Of a DNA stretch of 64,000 nt, positions 56,230 to 64,000 are shown in pieces. The first letter of the stretch is position 1. Each line of letters begins with the position of its first letter. The notes beneath the pieces were generated by a model. The model did not search any database, had not been told where the DNA came from, and saw only the letters and a list, made by a program, of their open reading frames with translations. Origin of the DNA: the human T2T-CHM13v2.0 reference genome, Homo sapiens; assembly GCF_009914755.1 (NCBI RefSeq), contig NC_060932.1. One strand, given 5' to 3'. The translations under genes and the position numbers were made by a program.

Positions 56230-56759
56230 TTAAGAAACTGAAAAATTTTACCAGAATGGAGAGCCATGTTAGAAGAAGCAAGTAGGATAGATGTCACTAA
56301 AAGAGAGTCAGGGACATGGAGAAAATGTTCGAGAAAATCATATAAAACCAAATGGAGAAGAACAAAAAGATGAAGGCAACTCGAAAGAGGAAGAGATGTG
56401 TAAAATAAGTGGAATTGAACATGTGAATCATTCTTAATGAGAGAAAAGGATTCCAAATTTAATAAAACTTCCCTCAACCAATTGTCTGAAAAAGTACAGT
56501 GATTCAAGAAAATAAAAATAACATAGAATAATAGATGTAGAAAAAGCAAGGGGTTTTTTGTAAGGCTGAATTTGGCTTACTCCTCTATATCATTTAATTT
56601 TAAAATAAGGTGAATACAATGTCTACAGATTTTTATAGGGGTAAAAAGTAGACATAAGTATTTTATTCCACATCGGATTATCAATCATGTGAAAAGAAAG
56701 GGATGTTTTTTTTTCTTTAGGAGAGAGAGGGGGAGAGAGAGACAGAGAGAAAGAAACAC

Positions 56760-57113
56760 TGTGCGGCTGCGCGTGGGGGTCGAATGCCTCCAGCCGAAGA
56801 AGGCACAGCTTAGAGATCTCTTACCACTAGGGAAAGTATCCAAGTCATGTGGCACCAAATATGTAACTGGTAGAAGGTATCCAAGTTACCAGGGCTGATT
56901 TCTTATGGGTCTGCAGCAACCTTAATTCTTGCCTCCTCAGAAGAAAGAATTTGACTGAGGGGCATAAGGCAGAAAAGGAGACCAAGGCAAGTTTCAGAGC
57001 AGAAGTGGAAGTTTCTTAAAAAGCTTTAGAATGTAAGGAAAGGAAGGAAAGGAAACAAAGGAAGGAAAGTACACTTGGAAAAGGGCCAAGCAGGTGACTT
57101 GAGAAACCAAGCG
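56760..57113 (-). mobile_element. ERV1 LTR fragment (MER50/MER51-like) with adjacent CpG-rich internal-like sequence
   Basis: cttgcctcctcagaagaaagaatttgactgaggggcataaggcagaa..gcaagtttcagagcag. Confidence 0.7.
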
Positions 57114-57279
57114 CATCAAGAAAGGCATTCTTAAACGTGAGAGTCATGGAGGAATGTAAGGCTTATCAATGGTTTCGAAGCAATTACTTCATGATGAAAC
57201 CCTAAATGAAATTAAATAAAGGATTCAGGGATGAAAAAGCAGCAGTATGAAAGACCAAGAGGCAAACAATGAATTCATT

Positions 57280-57328
<49 letters not shown>

Positions 57329-59938
57329 CTGCTATGGAGGTTTTAATCACAAAAGAGGCTGTAACTGACATAAACCTTGACAATGTGAAATGATAATGAC
57401 ATAACTGAAAAATCTACAGGGAGGGAGGGAAGAGGGGAGTTAAGACAAGAGAGCACTAATTTCCTCATCTTTCATCTTGGAAGTCAAAAGACACTGTCTG
57501 AAGTTGTTAGGTCAATAAATAGAGGTTGAAGTATATAATTAATAGTTAAAAAGAACTTGAAAAGACAATAAATCTCTTAAATAATCAGAATAGAACAAAA
57601 CATTAACACTAAGGAAACAAAGACTACAAGAAAAAGGTAGGAAACAATAGAAGTATAAAAACAGAAACAGTAAGAAACTAAAATGAAACCTCAAGACTCA
57701 ACATGTTTCTTATAAAAATGTGTATAAATGGAAGAAATTCACTTAGCGAAACAAAAGTTATCAGATTATATAAAAGGCATAAAATTAAAATAATTCCAAA
57801 AGACTAAATATAAATCAATATGAAAAGAAATATCTGGTAGCTGAATACATGCATGTTAAAAAGGAAAACAACCAAAAATAATAACAAAAACTAGAGGTCA
57901 CAACTAGTAATATTATAGAAGAGTGAATACAAAACAAAAAGCATTACATGGAACAAAAATAAACAGTTTATATTAGTAAGGGGTGTACACCACCCTTTTG
58001 AAATAAAACATTAATTTTTTGAACCCATGCAGAATCAAATTATTTAAGGCCAAAATTACAGTAAATAAATGATAAATTGACAAATATTCTAATAGTAGAA
58101 ACCTCTAATGCACTGCTCTTACTTTTTGAGAGGTGATATAAATAAAATTAACTAAATTACTTTGGGTTTTTACGATATAACTAAGAATGATTATATACTC
58201 ATTTACACAAGCATATATCATGAAGCATTTAAAAAATTGATCAGACATCTTTATGAAAAAATCAGAAATTTATAGAAATTTATAAATTTATAGAACTTAC
58301 CCCATAATTTTGGCAAGTTTCCCTGAAGCCATAAAGTTTCATGAACTAGAGTTCGAAAACCTCTAAATTAAGAAACGAGTGAAATGTTATTAGACAGGCA
58401 GCATGAAATGGTTTCCTTTCAATATCAAACTACTTTTCCCATTGTTATCTCAGAGAAAACATTGTTGTCATTACAGGTGTCTAGACAGCTGTTAGTTATA
58501 GCCAATTCTACCATTTTCTAATGAAGGAACTAAGGAAAACCTGGAATCAAAAGTCATCTCTCAACAATGATTTGAGTAATAACACTTGTGGTTGCAAAGC
58601 CCTTGGGCTAGTAAGAGCTGGTGTACCACCCATTCAAGGTTCTCTGATCTTTCCCTTATGACATACTCATGAGTCAAAGATTCACTTTAATAGATGAGGT
58701 CATGTTTCCATTGATTAGTAACTGAACTGAGAGTTGAATCCACATCTCCTGAATCTTAGTCCTTTGCTACTTTAAGCCACATTGCTTTTCCTCAGCACAC
58801 ACAAGGACTATGGCTGCAGGTCAGCTTTTCCTTCAGTTGAACGTTACAAGAGATGTATTTAACTGGTTTTCTGACCATTGTTCCTATGGCCTTAGCAATT
58901 TTCCTGAGTCTTCATACTCAGTCTTATGAGTGTTCATTGTATAAAATGTGATTGATTGGTCTATTTTTAATTGCATAATTATCTTGCTCACACCAGATTA
59001 TTGTTACAAAGGAAGGTTGCGAATATAGCTTTCTCCCCGATGGAAGCCTGTGGTCAGCTTTTTGGATATAGTAAACACATCTATCCCAGCTCTATGGTGA
59101 CATCCCCTGGGTACTAATCTAGTAGCTCTGGTCCCATGACCCCACAGGTATTGCTCTACATGTGATTTTCTTCGAACTTACCGTGAATGTGGCTGCATGC
59201 ATTATTGGGATCTTTTTAATCTTTTGCCACTCTCTGCATACTTTTATCAGGTATACCTTCAACCAGGTGTTTAATAGACTCTACGTATGTTCCTTTTACA
59301 AACATTTTATTTGTAATAATAAACTAAAATGTTCTTACTCAAAGAATATTCAGAAGAGTCCTGTGATTTAAAAATAGAATATTGCTTTCTTTACTGTTTT
59401 TCTAGGTCTCTATTCTGAGCCTTTTGGTTCCTGCTGAAGGGCTAAAGCTTTCCTAAGCCACTGGGAAGGAAGCCAGTCCCAGAAAAGAGGAGTGAATAGT
59501 AGCCATTCCTAGAAGAAACTTATAATTTTGACAAGGACGGTATCTTTATTTTTACCATCAAGACTGTCTCTAAGCAGGGATATCACACTTGGGTCCTCCT
59601 GTACAAAGATGGGAAAGTTAATTCATATTTATAATGTTGAAAATCTGGCTGTTTTAAAACAAGATGCGAAAACATCCCAGAATGGTGAATTTGTTAACGC
59701 AACATGCTATCAATCATTTCTCCTTTCCCTTTAGTGTTCTTTTTTAAATTTATAGAAACAAAATGTTTAAAGCTGAACTAATTAAGTTTTGTGTTTTAAG
59801 GGGAAAAAAATCTACATGTAGATAACAATTCATCTTGGGTTCCTTTCAGGCAACTTTTAAAAGTTCAAGAGATGTTGATTTGTATCTGAGCTATTTAATA
59901 GAATTGTCATTGTCAGGAAGTGTCTACATGCAACTTGA

Positions 59939-60252
<314 letters not shown>

Positions 60253-61192
60253 CTATACAATACATTTCATTTTCAGTTATTCTATAAATATTTTGAACAG
60301 CTTCTGCTACAATGTATTATGAGTCCTGTGGAAAAAAAGGGGTGGTGATCTCAACCAGACTGTCAGCTCATTGAGGCTAGAATGTGACATGTGAATAAGT
60401 CATTTGAATATGAGATAGGAAATGTTAAGTGTAATGGGAGATAGAGGTAAAGGACTTTGAAAGTACAGGGGCGGCAGAGATTACTTCTGGCTGGAGAATC
60501 AAGAAAGAGACAATATTTGAGGTGAACTTGAAGAATTAGCTAGGATCTTAATACACAGAGAACAGGCAAAAATACACTCTAAGCAAAGACATCATTGTAA
60601 CCAAATTTGTATGAACTTCCAGTTGAATTATTCTTCTTAGGATCCTGCCAGAGAACCAGGCTAATTTACAATTAGACACCCAATTTTTGGCCAATAATAA
60701 CTCTCATCTCTGCATTTTGGGTCTGCGTGTTTCTACAATTCCAAAACCTGGGCCAGATGACAGCAGCAACCTCTTTAAGGCTCCTAAGGCCAGTGGCCCA
60801 CTGAGCTTGTGGTGGAGACTCAGCACATTGGGACCCATCTGTATGTCAGAGCCCCTGGCTGGAACATTCTACTCCCAGCCATCTGTTCCTGCCAGCTGTC
60901 CATCACCTTGGAAAAGACTTCCCTTGGTTGAGATGTGGACAACACAAGTATTGCTTTTTTTTTTTTTTTTTTTAAAGTGTGGTAGGATGTGCTAACACAG
61001 AACCCAGAACATTAAAAAATAAAGAAATTAGTTTTGTGGTAGTTTTACTGTTTGCTGATTTTGGCAAAGGCAATTTACACTGCTGGGTTTGTTCCTCCAC
61101 CTGGAAAATAGGAATATTAGCATTGGATTTGTTTCTGCCATCCATAGCAGTTGAGAGAAGAAATTAATTTCAAAGTATTCCTTCAAAAAAAT

Positions 61193-61487
61193 TCTTTTTT
61201 TAAAGAGTCAGGGTCTCTCTGTCACCCAGGTTGCAGTGCAGTGGTACAATCATATCTCATTACAGTCTCCAACTCCTAGGCTCAAGTGATCCTCCCACTT
61301 CATCCACCAGAGTAGCTGGGACTACAGGTGCATGCCACCACACCTGGCTAATTTTTAAGTATTTAGTATAAATGGGATCTTGCTATGTTGCCCAGGCTGG
61401 CTTAGAACTCCTGGCCTCAAGTGGTCCTCCCACCTTGGCCTCTCAAAGTGCTGAGTTTATAGGCAGAGCCACTCACTGCACCCAGGT
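61193..61487 (-). mobile_element. Alu (AluJ-like)
   Basis: Diverged dimer. Confidence 0.92.
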
Positions 61488-61944
61488 GAATTCATTTTTT
61501 TTTTTTTTTACATAAAAACAGATGTATCTCATTCTTTGGACGAGATTTAATTCTGTAAATTTAGCTATGTAATATTTTTAGCAAATTAAATAGTAAATAT
61601 TTTCCACCATTTTTCTTTGTAAAAGAAAGAAATGTTCATAGAAGGCAAAACTCAGGACACAAAATTGCATGTAGTAGCCAATGAACTTTAAGAATCTCAT
61701 ATCTTTGATCATCTTTTTTTTTGATAACCCTCTAATGTCAATGTTAAAATAAGCCACACAATAAAAGGGTTTACCTGAAACCAAGTTCTCCCAGAACGAA
61801 TCCCATGTGAGAAGAAGATAGGCTGTATGGGTTATATGCTGTTTAAAATTATGCTGTTTAAAATTATTCTCTAACAAGTGTCTAGGGTTCTTTAGCTATA
61901 CTAAGCATTTATTGACATTTATCAAAACTCTTGGTCACTTTCTA

Positions 61945-62465
61945 CTTGGCTGGTGGGCCTGTAAACTGGAACAAGCCTCTTGGAGAGCAGTTTGGCAAAT
62001 CTGTCAAAGATCTGAAACATATTCATACCCTTTGGCCCCATAATTCCATGCCTGGGAATTTATCTTAAAGCAATAATCAGAGATGTGCCCAAAGATTTAT
62101 GTATGATGATATTTATCACAGCATTTTTAATAATAGCAAGCAGTGGAAACAACTTAAATGACAAACAATAGGGGGTTGGTTAAATAAATTATGGTACATC
62201 TATATCCAGAATACTGTGTAGCATTAAAAATAATGATCTTAAAGAAGCTTTTAAGGCTGTGTGAAAATGCTTATGATATTTCACTAAGTGAAAAAGACAA
62301 GAGTCAATAGAGCAGATCCCAATTTGTTTAAAAAAGCATATCTATCTCTACATAGAAAAAATAATATGGATATATATTCTAAAATGTTAATAGTGATTAT
62401 CTCTGTATGGTAGAACAAATGATTATTTATGTTCTTTTTTATACTTTTTCTCAATTTTAGATTTC
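61945..62465 (+). mobile_element. L1ME-type 3' fragment
   Basis: ttggagagcagtttggcaa..ataattccatgcctgggaatttatcttaa..ggttaaataaattatggtacatc. Confidence 0.75.
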
Positions 62466-62527
62466 AACATATGCTACTAGTATCTTCAAAAAAGACTTTC
62501 TCTTTTTTTTATATGTCATATAATATA

Positions 62528-62966
62528 CAATTGACCATGAAACAACATGGGGGTTAGGGGTACTAATACACCACACGGTAGAAAATCTGCATGCAACTTT
62601 TGACTCCCTTAAATCTAACTGCTAATAGCCTACTGTTGACCAGAAACTTTACTGATAACACAAACAATCAACACGTATTCTGTATGTTATGTATATATTA
62701 TATACCTTATCCTTACAAGAAAGTAAGGTGGAAAAAAGAAAATGTTATTAAGAAAATCACAAGGGAGAGAAAACATATTCACTGTTCATTAAGTAGAAGT
62801 GGATAATCACAAAGGTCTTCATCCTCATTGTCTTCACATCGAGTAAGCTGAGGAGGAGGAGGAAGAGGAAGGGTTGGTTTTTCTGTCTCAGGGAGGGCAG
62901 AGGCAGAAGAAAATCTGCATATAAGTAGACCTGGACAGTTCAAACTCCGTTGTTCAGGATTAACTG
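62528..62966 (-). mobile_element. Tigger2a-like Tc1/mariner (pogo) non-autonomous DNA transposon
   Basis: Degenerate TIRs caattgaccatgaaacaac / gttgttcaggattaactg, TA on both flanks, ~440 bp. Confidence 0.85.
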
Positions 62967-64000
62967 TAAAACTTGTATTAAATACTTCCTAAATTTCCCT
63001 AGTTCAAGGAATCCCCCTGAGGGTTGGCTTTGCTGTGGCTGTTCAGTTCCACTGTTAGGTTCAGAAACATCATTTCATAAGGGTATTCAGAAGATAACGT
63101 CACTCTGGGAGGATGGTTCTCACTAATCAAGCTCAAGAGTGATTTCAATGAACATAAAAAGAACAATTAAGTAACTTTGAAAATGGACTGTAGTTTTCTA
63201 GTGATTAGAGTCCCACTGATTCATTGAAAGTGTGAGCTGGAAGAACCCTCAATGATGACAAACTCCAGAATGGTTAGTGTCATTCCCAGGTCACACAGAT
63301 AATAGTGAAAAAATGAACCCAGAACTCAGGTTTGAAACCTTTCTTCCACCTTCTCTTCCACACTGGTTTGAACTGAGCTCCAAGGTTTCCTCTATAGGAC
63401 ACTCCCTTTTTGGTATGAAGATGCTGGAAAATGTAAGTGAATAAGCTAGCTTTTAACGACTAATTCATTCTGAGCAAAGACAGTTGAGAAATCTTCCAGA
63501 GATGATACAGGCTGACTGCTATGGGTTCTGTGGGTTCTTAGTTGTTGTCTTTTCACTAATAAAATATCTGTTGGGTAGACCAAAATACTTATATATGGCA
63601 ACTATATGGGTCTTTTCCAGTTCTTGGAGAGAACCCAAAAAACCAAATCAAATCAAAACAAACACTGACAAATTATTATGAATTCTTACCTTTCTTCTTT
63701 ATTAAAGCTTTTTTAATGTTACCAGAAGCTTCTGTCATTTTAACACCATCTGGTTGCAGTTTTCTAAGAGGAAGGCAGCTCTTTGCATTTCTGTGGTTGT
63801 TAATTTCTGATGAAAGTGGGAAGCCCCACTGTTTATTATGTGTGAATTCCAGTGCTTTTCAGATATGGGGAGAGAATTGTGGACCTTGTCCCTCAGTTGT
63901 GGAGTGATTCCTCTTTTATGTGGGAGAGTTGTCCTTTATCCATATCCTACATTATTTCCTAAGCCATTACCATATATAAAATATCCTAATCTAATCTAAT

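Noticed and set aside
56775-56800. tRNA-like gggggtcgaat segment
   Set aside because: No cloverleaf can be formed. It is better explained as ERV sequence next to the LTR.
58261-58300. Short imperfect direct repeats (also ~2622-2645, ~26193-26213, ~46394-46438)
   Set aside because: Ordinary slippage duplications with no further structure.

Overview
This is repeat-rich, AT-rich, CpG-depleted primate (human-like) genomic DNA that looks intergenic or intronic. I recognise no intact protein-coding gene, tRNA/rRNA or CRISPR array. The only gene-derived sequence is a full-length RPL6 processed pseudogene (minus strand, ~30.62-31.52 kb) with poly(A), target-site duplication (TSD) and disabling mutations. 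The rest is layered transposon history. A decayed ERVL gag-pro-pol region (~1-5 kb, minus) is split by two L1s, two Alus and a solo LTR. An apparently full-length L1PB with a 15-bp TSD lies at 46.45-53.03 kb. There are also many older L1M pieces, about 16 Alu/FAM copies, MaLR/MLT2/ERV1 solo LTRs, a piggyBac MER85, a Tigger2a and microsatellites. The least ordinary signals are two locally templated insertions (4300-4366 copied from 2836-2903; 28837-28979 copied from 27950-28093), a 169-bp tandem duplication spanning an L1/L1 junction, a closely spaced inverted Alu pair and fold-back palindromes. I see no evidence for a new biological system. Subfamily names come from recalled consensus sequences and boundaries are approximate unless a TSD is given.
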